A stretch of DNA of 64,000 bases from the human T2T-CHM13v2.0 reference genome, Homo sapiens, in the NCBI RefSeq assembly GCF_009914755.1, contig NC_060929.1. The stretch is one strand, 5' to 3'. Below, piece by piece: positions 14,236 to 31,938 of this stretch. The translations under genes and the position numbers were made by a program. Positions within the stretch are counted from its first letter, which is position 1; each line of letters begins with the position of its first letter. Under the pieces are notes generated by a model. It was not told the origin of the DNA, did not search any database, and was given only the letters and a program-made list of their open reading frames with translations.

Positions 14236-16220
14236 CTCTTATTTTAAAAATCCTAGCCCGGCCTCATGTTGAAAGCATTTCTCCCATTTCTCCTAGTAGT
14301 TTCACAGTTTCATGCTTTATATTATGTGCCTTTAATCCTTTTTGAGTTGATTTCTGTATATTGTGAGAGGTGAGGGTCTAGTCTCATCCTTCTGCATGTG
14401 GATATTCAATTTTTTGAGCACCTTTATTAAAGAGATCATCTATTCCTAGTGTGTGTTCTTGGCATCTTTGTCAAAAATCAGTTGGCTAAAGGTGCCTAAA
14501 TTTATTTCTGGGCTCTTTATTCTATTTCACTGGTTTATCTTTATTTTTGTGCTGTTCTGGTTACTGTAGCTTTGTGGTGTATTTTGAAGTTAGATAATGT
14601 GATGCCTCTAGCTTTTCTCTTTTTTTCTCAAGATTGATTTTGATTTTCAAGGTGGTTTCATATGAATTTCAGAATATATTTTTTTCTATTTCTATAAAGA
14701 AGGGTCATTGGTGTTTTGATAATGATTGCATTAAATTTGTAGATCACTTTGGGCAATATGGTCATTTTAACAATATTAATGATTCCAATTCATGAACACA
14801 GAATATCTTTCAATATTTTGTGTCTTCATCAATTTCTTTCATCAGTGTTTTATAGCTTTCAGTGTAGATATCCTTTACATCCTTGGTTAATTTATTACTA
14901 GCTATCTTATTTTTTTGGTAGCTATTTTAAGTAAAATTGGTTTCTTGATTTTTTTCAAGATAGTTCACTAGGAGCACATAGAAAATGCAACTGATTTTTG
15001 TATGGTTATTTTGTATCCTGTAGCTTTACTGAATTTGTTATTTAGTATTTACTGTTTTTTAATAGACAAATGAAATTGCTTCAAAATAAAAACCTTTTGC
15101 ACAGCAAATGAAACAAGAGTGAGGAGACAAACTACAGAACGAGAGAAAATATTTGCAAACTATACATGTGACAAGGGGTAAATATCCAGGCTATATAAGT
15201 AAATTAACAGCAAAAAACTCAAATAAGTTGATTAAAAATGAGCAAATACCTTAATATACATTTCTCAGAAGAAGATATATAAATGACTAACTAGTATATG
15301 AGAAAATGCTCAACATCACTGATCATCATGAAAATGCAAGTCAAAACCACAATGAGACACAGCTTACTCCAGTTAAAATGGCTGCAGTAAAAACAAAGTA
15401 AACAAGTGTTGGCAAGGATATAGAGAAAAGAGAACACTTACACACTGTTGGTGGAATTGTAAATTAGTACAGCCATTGTGGAAAACAGTATGGAGGTTCC
15501 TCAAAAAATTAAAAATAGAACTACTATATGATCCAGCAATCCCACTACTGGATATATATCCCCTGAAAATTGAATCAGTATTTTGAAGAGATGTCTGCAC
15601 TGCCGTGTTTATTTCGGCACTGTTTATAATAGCCAAGACACAGAGTTAACCTACATGTCCAACATTGGATGAACGAATAAAGAAAATAAGGTGTATATAT
15701 ATGCAATGGAATACCATTTATCCTTTAAAAATGAATTTCTGGCATTTGTGATAATATGGATGAACCAGGAGAACATTATGTTTAGTGAAATAAGACATAT
15801 GTCCCATGCATATGGAATCTAAAAAAAGGTTTGTAATATAGAGAATGGAATAGTGGTTACTAGAGACTGAGGAAGGAAGGAGGGAGAGGAAGATGAAGAG
15901 AGGTTGGTCAAAGAGCGCAAAGTTACAATTAGAAGAAATAAATTATGGTGTCCTATTGTGCAGTAGGGTGACAATGGTCAACAGGAAGGCATTGTAGCTA
16001 ATGGTTATAAAGTAGGTAATGCCTACCTACAAAAGAAGTAAAACAGAGGCTTCTAAATGTTCCCACAACAAAGAAATGATAAATGTATGAAGTGATGGAT
16101 ATGCTAACTACCCTGATTGGATCATTATATAACATAAACATGAATCAAAACACCAACTTGTGTGACATAAATATATACAATCTTAATTTATTGACTAAAC
16201 AATAAATAATAAATAAAAAT
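14236..16220 (+). mobile_element. L1MA element with inverted 5' segment (14236-~15060 minus; ~15061-16220 plus, with 3' UTR and A-rich tail)
   Basis: Orientation switches at ...actgtttttt|aatagacaaatg; the outer end of the inverted part lies close, in L1 coordinates, to the start of the forward part. Confidence 0.85.
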
Positions 16221-16887
16221 TTAGCAATAGCACAGTAGCACAAATATACAATGTCTATATACTTCATATACAGAAAAACCTGGATTTGTAAATGTGTTTA
16301 ATAGAGCACTTATAGAATACAAAGAATATTTTTGTAGACATCTTTGTTTACTTTTATTGTAAGCCAACCTATGAATATATAAGAAAATTATTCGGAATAA
16401 GCAAATAAGGGGATACAATAACATAGATAGTGGAATATAGCAAAAGCCTCATTCAATAAATATATAAACGAATATTATTTTTGCTTGTACTTCAACCCAA
16501 ATAAACTTTTCTATCCTTTTAGAAATAAGCAATGAAAAATTATAGAAAAGATGAAAATTGATGCTGCAGTGATACAATCTTTTATTTGTGCTCATCAATA
16601 GATCTATAGTGGCTGAACAAGTCCAGAAACTTCACAAAAACTTATATTCTTGTTAAATGTATGAATGCATAAATGAATTAAGTGCAAGAACATGTTTTTT
16701 AAGGACCCATAATTAATTATATGATTTCAGGGCTCTTTGTAGTAGACTACTGATTATCTATTTATTTCTTCACTTTCCACAAAGACAAGAAAAGAATAAT
16801 TAGGCCCCAAAATAAAAATAAATAAAAAATGATATTCTTAGAAAGGAAGGCATTTATTTGATCCTCCAAAATAACTTTAATATAGGT

Positions 16888-17292
16888 AGTTATGGTTTGA
16901 ATGTGTCCCCAAAATTCCTGTGTGGAAAATAATCCCCAATGCAACAGTGTTAGGAGGTACGGCTTTTTGGAAAATGTTTAAATCATGAAGCTTCCGTCTT
17001 TATGAAAAGATTAATTGCACAAGTTACAAAGGGGACTGATGGAGGGAATTTGGCTCCTTTTGCCCTTCCTTCCCTTTTTTCATGTGAGGACATGGCATTT
17101 CTCTCCTCCAGAGAATGCAGTAACAAGGCACCATCTTGGAAGTACAGATCAGGCTCTCATCAGACACCAAACCTGCCAGTGCTTTGATCTTGGACTTCTA
17201 GCTTCCAGAATGGTGAGAAATGAGTTTATGCTCTTTAAAAATTACCCAGTCCTAGGTGTTTTGTTAGAACAGCACTAACGGATTGCTAAACA
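16888..17292 (+). mobile_element. MaLR solo LTR (MSTD-like)
   Basis: tatggtttgaatgtgtccccaaaattc...aaggcaccatcttggaag...gatcttggacttctagcttccagaa...taaaca. Confidence 0.88.
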
Positions 17293-17519
17293 GTTGCTTC
17301 CTGAGTAAAGATCTGTTAATATTTTGTTGCCATCTTATTTTTACAGAATAGTTTGAAAACTATAGCAAAAACACAGTGACATGTCTAAAACGTAAAATAA
17401 TAGTTCTATCTAGAGGTAACATCAGAACATTCATTTGACTTAATTAGCAATGGTAACCAAATACATATTTTTACTGAGGACAAATTTAAAACAGTAAAAT
17501 ACAGATATTCTAATTCCAC

Positions 17520-19660
17520 AATTTAATTAAGTTTGATGAATATAAACACAGGTCACCAACAACCTAATTAAGATGTAGAACATTTCCATCACTCCCGAAA
17601 TGTCCGTCATGCTCACTGCACTTAGCTCCCATTCTCCACAGGAAATCAATATTATGATTTCTAGCACCAGAAATTAGTTTTGAGTTTTGTTCTTAAACAA
17701 TACAAATGAACGCATACATTATATCCTATTGTCTGTCTGATTTCTCTTATTCAATATAAGGTTTTTGAGATTCATTGGTGCTTTTGTGTATTTCATGAAT
17801 TTTCAAAATTTCTAGTAGGATTTCAATATATAAATAAAAAATATTTATACATTCTCTAATTGATGTACATTTGGATCATTTACAGTTTGGGGTTATTAAA
17901 AATGAACCTCTTGTGCATATTCATTTTTAATTGTTTCTTTTGTTTAAATTGCTTTTAATTGTTTTGCTCTAGTTTACTTTTTAATTTAGAAACTTAGAAA
18001 ATTGATTTAAACTTCATTTTCTAATAGAAACATTTAGACCTAAAAATTTTCCTTAAAATTCTTTTGCTGCAATCCAAAAATTCTACTGTATTTTTATTAT
18101 CATTCCATTGAAATTAATTTCCCTTGAGCTATCTGTTTTAATCCTAGGGGTATTTAGATATGTATTTAATTTCTGAATATTTGGGTATCTTTTAAATAAC
18201 CTCTTTTCATTGAATACTAGTTTTCATTTGTTTGCTCAGTAAAGACGTACGTTGTAACATAGCAATTGTTTTTTGAAATGTATTGAGCCGTATTTTATGG
18301 TCTTTTTGTTGAAAAGTCTATGTTCACCTTAAGGAGTGTGTATTTTGATGTTGGGTGGTGTCTTATAAAAGTATTAATTAGATTATTTGATTTTAGTGTT
18401 AAATGACCTAGATCTCCACTGACTGTTCTTGTTCTATATGGCCGTTGACTACATGCATATTTTTTTCTGTTAAAATGTTACTATAATTTGAAACTATGAA
18501 TATAGATATATCTCTTTTCATTTTTTTCTATAAGTTTTTGCTGTATGTATATTTGTAAATCTGTTAGTGTCAGTTTCATTCCTGATATTGGGAATTTGTG
18601 TTCTCTTTTTATTTTTTCCTGATTATTTTTCTGGATGTTCACAATGATCTTCTCAAAGAACCAGCTATGTTGCTATTAATTTTCTCTATTTTAAAACCTA
18701 TTTTACAGATTTGTGCTCTAATCTTTATTTTATCATTTCTTCCACTTTGAGTTTCATCTGATCTTTCTTTTTCAAGGTAGGAGCCAAAGGTATTAATTTG
18801 AAATATTTCTTTCTTTTTAATACACACACAGTGTTGCATTTTCCAGTGTAACTATTTCTTTAGTTGGAAACCACAATTTTTAAATTTATAAATAAAATTT
18901 CACTTATTTTCTATTTTTCATTTGACTTATTCTTTTACACATGAGTTATTTGGAGGTCTTACTAATTTTCAAATATTTGTCATTTTCCAGGTGTTTCGTG
19001 TTACTGATTTCTAAGTTAACTCCATTTTAGAGCACATTATGTATGAATTACTTAAATTCTTGTAAATTTTGTGTATTCCAGAAAATATAGTAACTTGGAA
19101 AATGTTCTATATGCTCTTGAAAGGAATATATATTCTGCTATTGATGGATAAAGTGTCCTATAAATGTAAATTAAATCAAATTATTTGTTTTACTTAAGCC
19201 TTCTATAAACTTACTGAAAATCTGTCAATTATTTCTATCAATTATTGAAAAAGTGATGCCAATATCTCTGACTCAGATTGTGGATTTGTCCATTTCTCTT
19301 TACAGACTTGTCAGATTTGTCTATATGTAGATTGGTATATGGTAGCTCTACTATGATATGCAAAGCAGTTTCACATCCTTCTGTCATCTTGACAAACTGA
19401 TCCATTTGTCATTAAAAATTATTTTATTTCTTCCTGATAATATTGTTCACTATGAAAAGATATTTTGTCTGATATTAATATAGTCAACGCTGCTCCCATT
19501 TTATTACCATTAGGATATTATATCTTTTCCATACTTTTTATTTTATGTGTACACTTGTATTTACAGTGAATTTCTTCACTGCAGACATAAGGCAGCATAT
19601 AGTTAGGTCTTGGTTTTATATGCAATCTGATAATCACTCCTTTCAGTTGACATAGAAAAT
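17520..19660 (-). mobile_element. Highly degraded old L1 (L1MD/ME-like) fragments
   Basis: T-rich; agatgtagaacatttccatcactcc 3'-UTR motif; aatgttctatatgctcttgaaaggaatatatattctgct ORF2 antisense motif. Confidence 0.65.
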
Positions 19661-19794
19661 TTACACTTTTAAAAATTTATACTTAAATTTATAGATGTGG
19701 ATGTCTGCCCTTCTATATTCATGGCAGCATTATTCACAATAGCGAATATATGGAAAAAATCTAAGTGTCCATTGAGATAAAGACATTGTTTTAC

Positions 19795-19937
19795 ATATAT
19801 ATGTGTGTGTATATATATGTGTGTGTAGATATATGTGTATATATGTGTGTATATATGTGTATATAATGTGTATACATATATATGTGTATATATGTGTGTA
19901 TATATGTATATGTGTGTATATATATGTGTATATATAC
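19795..19937. repeat. (TA/TG)n low-complexity tract
   Basis: Read directly; source of the YTHI/VYIC pseudo-ORFs. Confidence 0.92.
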
Positions 19938-20182
19938 TCATTAGTAATTTCTCATTTCTCACACCCCTCCCTTTCCAAGGCTGTAATGTCTATTGTTGTA
20001 CTCCATGTCCATGTCCGTGTGTACACATTATTAACTCCCACTTATAAGTTAAAACATGCAGTATTTGGCTTTCCTTTTCTGAGTTATTTCACTTAAGATA
20101 TTAGCCTCTGGTTCCACCCATGTTGCTACAAAAGAAATTACTTCATTCCTTTTATGGCAGAGTAGTATTCTTCATGCAGGTA

Positions 20183-20428
20183 TGTATGTGTGTATGTATA
20201 TTTTATATATATATATATATATGAATGATATAGAAAATGTGGTATATGTGTGAATATATATATGTATATACATATGTATGTGTGTATATATGGATGAATG
20301 GATAAAGGAAATGTGGTATATATAGATTTATGTATTTGGTATATATATAGATATAAATATACATACCAATAGATATAGATGTAAATCTAGATATATAGAT
20401 ACAAATATATATATGTATATATACATAC
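20183..20428. repeat. AT-rich microsatellite expansion inside L1 containing inverted L1 copies
   Basis: TA/TG tract with embedded plus-strand gaaatgtggtata motifs. Confidence 0.85.
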
Positions 20429-21681
20429 CACATTTTCTTTATTCATTCATCCATTTATGGACACTGAGATCGATTCCATATCTTTACTTTTGTGAATAGT
20501 GCTGCAATAAACATACCAGTGTAGGCATATTTTTTATGTAATGATTTATTATCCTTTGGCTAGATACCCAGGAGGGGAGAATGCCAAATCAAACGGTAGA
20601 TGTATTTTTAGTTCTCTAAGAAATCTTCATACTGTTTCCCATAAAAGTTGTATTAATTTACATCCCCCCCCAACAATGTGTAGGCATTCCCTTTTTCCAC
20701 ATCCTTGCCAACATTTGTAAGTTTTGATTTTTAATAATAGCTATTCTGAGTTGGTGTAAGATGATATCTTATTGTTTTAATTTTGATTACTCTGATTAGT
20801 AAAGTTGAGCATTTTCTGATTTGCTTCTTAGCCATTTGTGTTTTCTTTCTAAAATGCTTATGTTCTTTGCACACATTTTAATGGATTTTTATTTTGTAGT
20901 TGAGTTGCTTATAGAATCTGGATATTAGTCTTTTGTCATATGAAGAATTTGCAAATATTTTCTGTCATTCTGCAGGTTTTCTATTCATTCTTTTATTGTT
21001 TTTGCAGCCAGAAGATTCTTAGTTTTATTAAGTGCATTTGTTTATTTTTGTTTCTGTTGCATTTGCTTTTGAGGTCTTAGTCATAAATTCCTGGCCTAGA
21101 CCAATGTCCAGGAGAGTTTTTCTTCTAGGACTTGTATAGTTTCAGGTCTTGCATTAAGTATTTAATTCACCTTGAGTTAATTTGTATACAGTGAGAGATG
21201 TGGTCCAATTTCATTTTTCTCCATGTGAAAATCAAATTTTTCCAGCACCGTTTATTTAAGAGAGTGTTCTTTTTCAGTGCATGTTTTTGTCTGACTTTGT
21301 CAAAGATTACTTGGTATGTGGATGTAGGTATGGCTTTATTTTTAGGTTCTTCATTCTGTTCCACTGATTTATATGTCTATTTTTATACTAGGCCATGTTG
21401 TTTTGTTTACTGTAACTTTGCAGTATAATTTAAAATCAAGTACTGTGAAATTTCCAATTTTGTTCTTTTTGTGTATGATAGCTTTGGCTGTTGGAGCTCT
21501 TTTTTTGTTTTGTTTCCATATGAATTTTATGATTTTTTTTCCCTGAAAAACAGAATTGGTATTTTGACAGAAATTGCATTAAATTTGTAGATTTCTTTGG
21601 GGAGTATAGTTATTTTAACAACTTAGATTATTCCAATTCATGAGCCTGAGATGTTTTTCAATTTGGGTGATCTACAATTTC

Positions 21682-23340
<1,659 letters not shown>

Positions 23341-25491
23341 TCAGTTAGATATATTCTTACTCTTATAACTACTGTAAATGGGATTGACCTCTTGATTTGG
23401 TGTGCAGTTTGATTGTTATTGGTCTGCAGAAATGATACAGACCTCTGTATGTTGATTTTGTATTCTGAACTGCTACTGAATTTATTTGTCAAATTTAGAA
23501 GTCTTTTGGTATAGTCTTTAGGATTTTCTAGCTACAAGATTATATTGTCAGCAAACAAATAATTTAACTTACTGTTTTCCTATTTGGATAACTTTTATTT
23601 CTTTCTCTGGCCTGATTGCTCTGGCTAGGACCTCCAATGCAATGTTGTATAGGAGTGGTGAAAGTGAGCATCCTTGTCTTCTTCCAGTTCTTAGGGGAAA
23701 TACTTTCACTTTTCCTCTGTGTAGTATGATGTTGTCTGTGGGCTGTTGTATATGGCTTTTATTATTTTGAGGTATATTCCTTCTATATCTAGTTTTTTGA
23801 AGGTTTTTAAATCATGAATGAAGGTTGAATTTTATCAAATATTTTTGCATCCATTGAGATAATCAGATTGTTTTTGTTTTTAATTCTGTTTATGTGGTGA
23901 ATCACATTTGGCATAGAGTGAATTATACTTGTTTATGTGGAATAAAACCCACTTGATCATGACATATTACTTTTTTGATGTGCTATTGGATTTGGTTTGC
24001 TAGGTTTTTTTTTTTTTTGAGGGTTTTTAAATCTGTGTTCATCAGGGAGGTTGATCTGTAGTTGTCTTTCTCATTGTGTGTCCTTGCTTGGCTTTGTATC
24101 CGGGTGATTCTGGCTTCAAAGTATGAGATGGAAAGAATTCTCTACTGTTTGATTTTCTGGAACAATTTCCATAGGATTGGTGTCAGTTCTTTGTACATTT
24201 TGTAGAATTTGGTTGTGAATTTACCTGATCTTGTTTTTTATTTGTTGTCGTTGTTGCTGAAAAAGGTTTTATTACTGATTCAATCTCATATTTGTTATTA
24301 GTCTCTTTAGGATATTTATTTCTTCCTGGTTTAATATTGAAAGGTTGTATGTTTACTGAACTTACCCATTTCCTCTAGATTTTCTAGTTTGTAAGGACAG
24401 TTTTTCGTAGTAGTCACTGATGATCTTTTGTGTTTCTATGGTATCAATTTTAATGTTTCTTTTTTCATTTCCAGATTTTGTATGTGAGTGTTTTTAAGAT
24501 TTCTCTTCTTTTCTTAGATAGTCTAACTAGCAGTCTATCAATTTTGGTTATCTTTTCAAATAACCAACTATTAACTTTGTTGATCCTTTGTATATTTTTT
24601 TAATTTCATTTAGTTTTGATCTGACCTTTGTAAATGTATTTTATTCTGCTAGCTTTGTGTTTGGTTGTTTCTTGTTTTTCTTGTTCTTTGAGGCATGTCA
24701 TTAGGTTATTAATTCATGATCTATATTTCTTTTGATCTAGGCATTTAATGCTATACACTTCCCTCTTAGCACTGCTTTTGTTGTATCTAAGGTTTTGCTA
24801 TGCTGTGTCTCTATTTTCATTTGTTTCAAAATATTTTTAAGTTTACATCTTAGTTTTGTCATTGACTCAAAAAATTATTCAGGAGCATGTTGTTTAATTT
24901 CCATTAATTTGTATTGTTTTAAGATTTCCTCTTAGAATTAATTTCTAGTTTTATTTCACTCTGCTCTGATGAGACACTTTATATAACTTATATTTTAAAA
25001 AAATTATCAAGTTGTGTTTTATGGCCCAACATATGATGTATCTTGGAGAATGTTCTATGCACTGATGAGAGGAATGTATATTCAGTAGTTGTTAGATAGC
25101 ATGATTTGTAAATGTCTGCTAGGTCCATTTGGTTTAAAATCTGATTTAAGTCCAGTATTTCTTTGTTAGTTTTCTGCCTTGATTATCAGTCTCATGATGT
25201 CAGTAGGATGTTGAAATCCCATGCTGTTATTATATACCTGTCTTTCTCTTTTCTCAGATCTAGTAATATTTGTTGTATCAACCTGGATGCTCCAGTGTTG
25301 GGTGCATATACATTTAGAATTGTTATATCCTCTTGTTGGATTGATCCCTTCAGGATTATTTAATAACCTTCTTTGTCATTTTTTACTGTTGTTGATTTAA
25401 AGTCTATTTTATCTAAGTATAGCTATTCCTACTCCCTTTTCTGTTTCCTATGATTAGAATACATTTAAGGAACCTGTAAAAAAACATTCCA

Positions 25492-26212
<721 letters not shown>

Positions 26213-26277
26213 ATTAGATTATAACTCTGTTTTGATATTTACTGGTTTACTTTGAGGTTTAAAGTATGCATGTTTCC

Positions 26278-27850
<1,573 letters not shown>

Positions 27851-29076
27851 TATATATGTAGAAACATGCTAAAATGATTCATACTTTTCTCTATAAGAGA
27901 AAAAAATCTCTTTTTTAAGAATAAGTAAACAGGAGTATAATCTATTTGAGAGACTTAATCACTTTGAAATTGTTTCCAAAATTGCCTGTTGCTTTACAAA
28001 GGCAGTACCTTAATTCCTTGCAATTAATTGTTTTGGGTGTTTAAATTTTATTTTAAATAACTTAGATTAGCTTGGAAATAGATACATTACTTGTGTGTAA
28101 CAGCAGTGTAAAGTAAGATCCATGGGATGGGAATTACACAAAATAACAAAAAAAATTTACTCAACATTTAAAACGTTTCACACTTAAAAACTTTGTTCTA
28201 TGCATTATCAAGTACAATTTCATAGTACTTATTTTTGAAAGAAGTTAATTTTTGTAGTTTACCAGCTAAGTAGCTTTCAGTTGCACATCAGAGAAATGCA
28301 ACTAAAAGTGGCTTTAACAAGAAGGAAGTTAGGTCAAGCTTATAATTATATTTTTAAAGATAAAGTTGGATAAAACAAAATATTTGCTAATGCAAGTGGC
28401 CCAAGTGGCAGATAAAATAGTTTGCTGATGACATCGCTGAGTTCACAAAATGTCCTTGAGCCACAATAAGAAGACTATTTGTCATGTGTTCTAAAGAAAA
28501 ATAATGGGTCAAATTTGATTGTTTATATCAATGGTTCAGAGAATTAAAGTATTATTTTTCTTTGCTATAATATATAACAGGTAACACACTCAATAGGAGT
28601 ATATAAAATAGTGTTTCAAATAATTTTGAATGAATGAATGAGCTTGATTTGATATTATCTTACTCTTCTACTCAAAGAAAGAAAGACACCAAAAGTCGAA
28701 GTGAGAATGAGGCAATGTATAAATTGTTTATACACGCTCATTATTAATCATTGGGTTACAGATTATTTACTTCATTTCAATGGTTCTCTACTCTGGAACA
28801 ATAAACATTGATCTAATTAACATATTAACATATTGGGTAACAAGAGTTGAAAACTCATACTATGTATAGTAAATTTAGAAGACTATATAAAACTTTACAT
28901 GAATATGTCAGGGCTTGTTATTTAGACAAGCCAGTTATGGAATCTTAAAAATGATAAAATTTTTACAATTTTGCAGTGAGATCTTGAAACCAATTTTCTA
29001 CAAAATAAACAAATAACTATGAGTGTGCATCAACCTAAAATAGGGATGTCTACATTGATGAGTAATTTAGCTAACA

Positions 29077-29079
29077 GAT

Positions 29080-29130
<51 letters not shown>

Positions 29131-29136
29131 TAGATA
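29077..29136 (+). repeat. (TAGA)n/GATA tetranucleotide STR, 12 perfect units at 29081-29128
   Basis: Read directly. Confidence 0.97.
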
Positions 29137-29277
29137 TGTTCACCTTTATTCTTACTCTTCTTTCAAATGGTAGCTATTTTTTATTTGGATTAAAAGATTG
29201 ACTATATTACATGTTTACTTCAATAATTATCTATAAACTTACCACGGAGCCATGCTTAAAAAAAAAAAACAAATTTA

Positions 29278-29567
29278 GGCTAGGAACAGTGGCTCATGCC
29301 TTTAATCCCAGCATTTTTGGAGCCTGAGGTGGGAGGATATATTGAGCCCAGGAGTTCAATACCAGCCTGGGTAACATACCAAGACCCTGTCTCTACAAAA
29401 TTAAAAAAAAAAAAAAATTAGCTGGGGCAGTGGCATGTGCCTGTAGTCCCATCTACTCAGGAGGCTGAGGTGGGAGGAACACTTGAGCATGGGAGATGGA
29501 GGCTGCAGTGAACAATGATTGTGCCACCGCAGTGCAGCCTGGGCAACAGAGTGAGATCCTGTCTCAA

Positions 29568-29598
<31 letters not shown>

Positions 29599-29612
29599 AT
29601 AAATAAATACAT
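29278..29612 (+). mobile_element. AluJ with (AAAT)n tail
   Basis: J-type ttgagcccaggagttc...cagcctgggtaacata; TSD aaaacaaattta. Confidence 0.93.
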
Positions 29613-29828
29613 AAAACAAATTTAAAGACAAATTAAAAATATTTTTACTTCTACTTAATAAAAAAAATCCAATGTACTTTTAATTTCCCATAAATAGCTT
29701 TTGGAAGAATAGGTGCTTTCCATCTATACTACTGTTGCTGAATGTTTTTGTGAATACATTTTTCTAGTAAGACAAACAACAATCCTTCCAATCTAATGCT
29801 TTTAAGAGAAATAGAAAACGATATATCA

Positions 29829-30221
<393 letters not shown>

Positions 30222-31625
30222 TTAAATAGCCTTAGAAAAGAGCAATCAAAATAATATTCTGTATAATATTCTGTAGCTTTGAACATGAACTTTATTTTAT
30301 TTACAGGTAATATTAATATTGCATTTCAAGTTATATTTCCTTCTGTGGATAAAGTTGATTTATATCTTTATGTTGATTATACTGTTATTTCTGCAGATAT
30401 CATACACACTGGTATGTTTTAAAGAAAATAATATATCCATTAAAAATTTAGTAAATACAGTTTAAATAGCCATTTGTTAAAATAATCAGAGTGATTATGA
30501 TGAATACACAATAATGAGCAGGTTGAAGCAGATATTTGATAAAATTTTTGAAAACATCAGGCTCAAATTGTCCAAGAATATACATATACACTTGCATGCA
30601 TATTTTACATATTAATTTTATATAATGAAACAAGATATGTGTGTGTATTCAAGAATTTAGAGAAACTCAAATTTGAATGTAAGAAAGTACTACAAAAGTT
30701 AGTGAAATAAGAAAAATTAATTGATGAGTTTAACTAAAGGTTTAGAGATTTCTGGGAATAAAGGTATACTTTGTTAGTCATAATGAAAATATCTTACTTT
30801 CCTGAAAAAACATTTGAAGTTGTTAAATATCTCAAATTTTTTCACTCTGAATAATTCAATATATTCTATTCAAAAGATGTTTGTCAAAACAATAACTTAG
30901 AAACAACTAAATTCTTATTTATAAATTATATAATCTTCTCATGAAATAGTGGCATAATATTATATTTATTAATTTTTTTATTGAACAAACAGATCGGGTA
31001 CTCTCCTAAGCTTAGGGATGAGACTGGATACAACAGGGAATGAACAAATATCTGCTCTCATGGACTTGACTTTCAAAAGAGAAAGACAAATATATAAACA
31101 AAAAACTCACCTAATATGAGACAATTAAAACTACTGTAACAAATTTGGAATATACATTCTAAATTTGTGATATATAAGTCACTGTGAAACAATACTATAT
31201 GCTCCTGCACTAATATTAAGTTAAAAAGTAAAACAATCTAGAATGTCTGAGGTTACAATTATTGAATATACTATATCATATTGAATTTTGAGTGAGTCAA
31301 ATGTTTTAATGTTTGTTAACATTACTTTCAATAAATTCCTCAAATTCACAATTGAAAATTGAAAACACTTAGAAATCGATATAAATGTTGAGATTATAAA
31401 TAGTATGGTAAGTTAATGAACATCTTATTTAATTGTTATTGTGGGTGTTGTGACATCAGTAATAAAGACAAGTGTCTTTAAATTATCTAGTTGAGTGTGT
31501 TAATTGGCAATTTGAGGGGCTAGCTTTCTGGGTACACTGCTCTGTTAGCATGTCATGATAGTCTTTTAATTAAAACTCATAGATTACCTCTATTTTTTTA
31601 AATCACAGCCTATGGTTTTTGCTGA

Positions 31626-31645
31626 TAGCAACACAATGACGTCAT
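31626..31645. promoter_or_regulatory. Full palindromic CRE (ATGACGTCAT) next to an RFX-like half site (TAGCAAC)
   Basis: TGACGTCA at 31637-31644 with intact CpG in repeat-free sequence; function is inferred. Confidence 0.35.
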
Positions 31646-31894
31646 CAAATGAAATGCATTGATGAGCTGTAAGAAGTGATAGCACTTTATGGCTTGTTAC
31701 AAGCTTCTGAAACACATTTAAATAGTGTGTTCAGGTAGCTGCTTTGTGAGGACAACAGGGAGACATTGTCATTTCAGTCCTGCCTACTAGCTTCTGACTC
31801 TGAACGTGCTTGCTGCAAATACTGGGGTCATGGATGAAGTCAAAGGCCATGCTTCTGGTTTTGGGATGGCTTTAAAGGAGATGAAATAACTTAC

Positions 31895-31938
31895 ATGGAA
31901 ATTTGCTCTGTATGTTTCCTCAACAAAGAAAATTGAAT
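31895..31938 (-). CDS. Candidate 44-nt internal exon (D-SIFFVEETYRANFH if spliced to the upstream candidate exon)
   Basis: Long pyrimidine tract and about 50-nt AG-free zone ending tttgaag|; donor CAT|GTAAGT; phase 1 to phase 0, open in frame. Confidence 0.35.

Noticed and set aside
19669-20433. Repetitive YTHI/VYIC peptides
   Set aside because: Translations of TA/TG microsatellites
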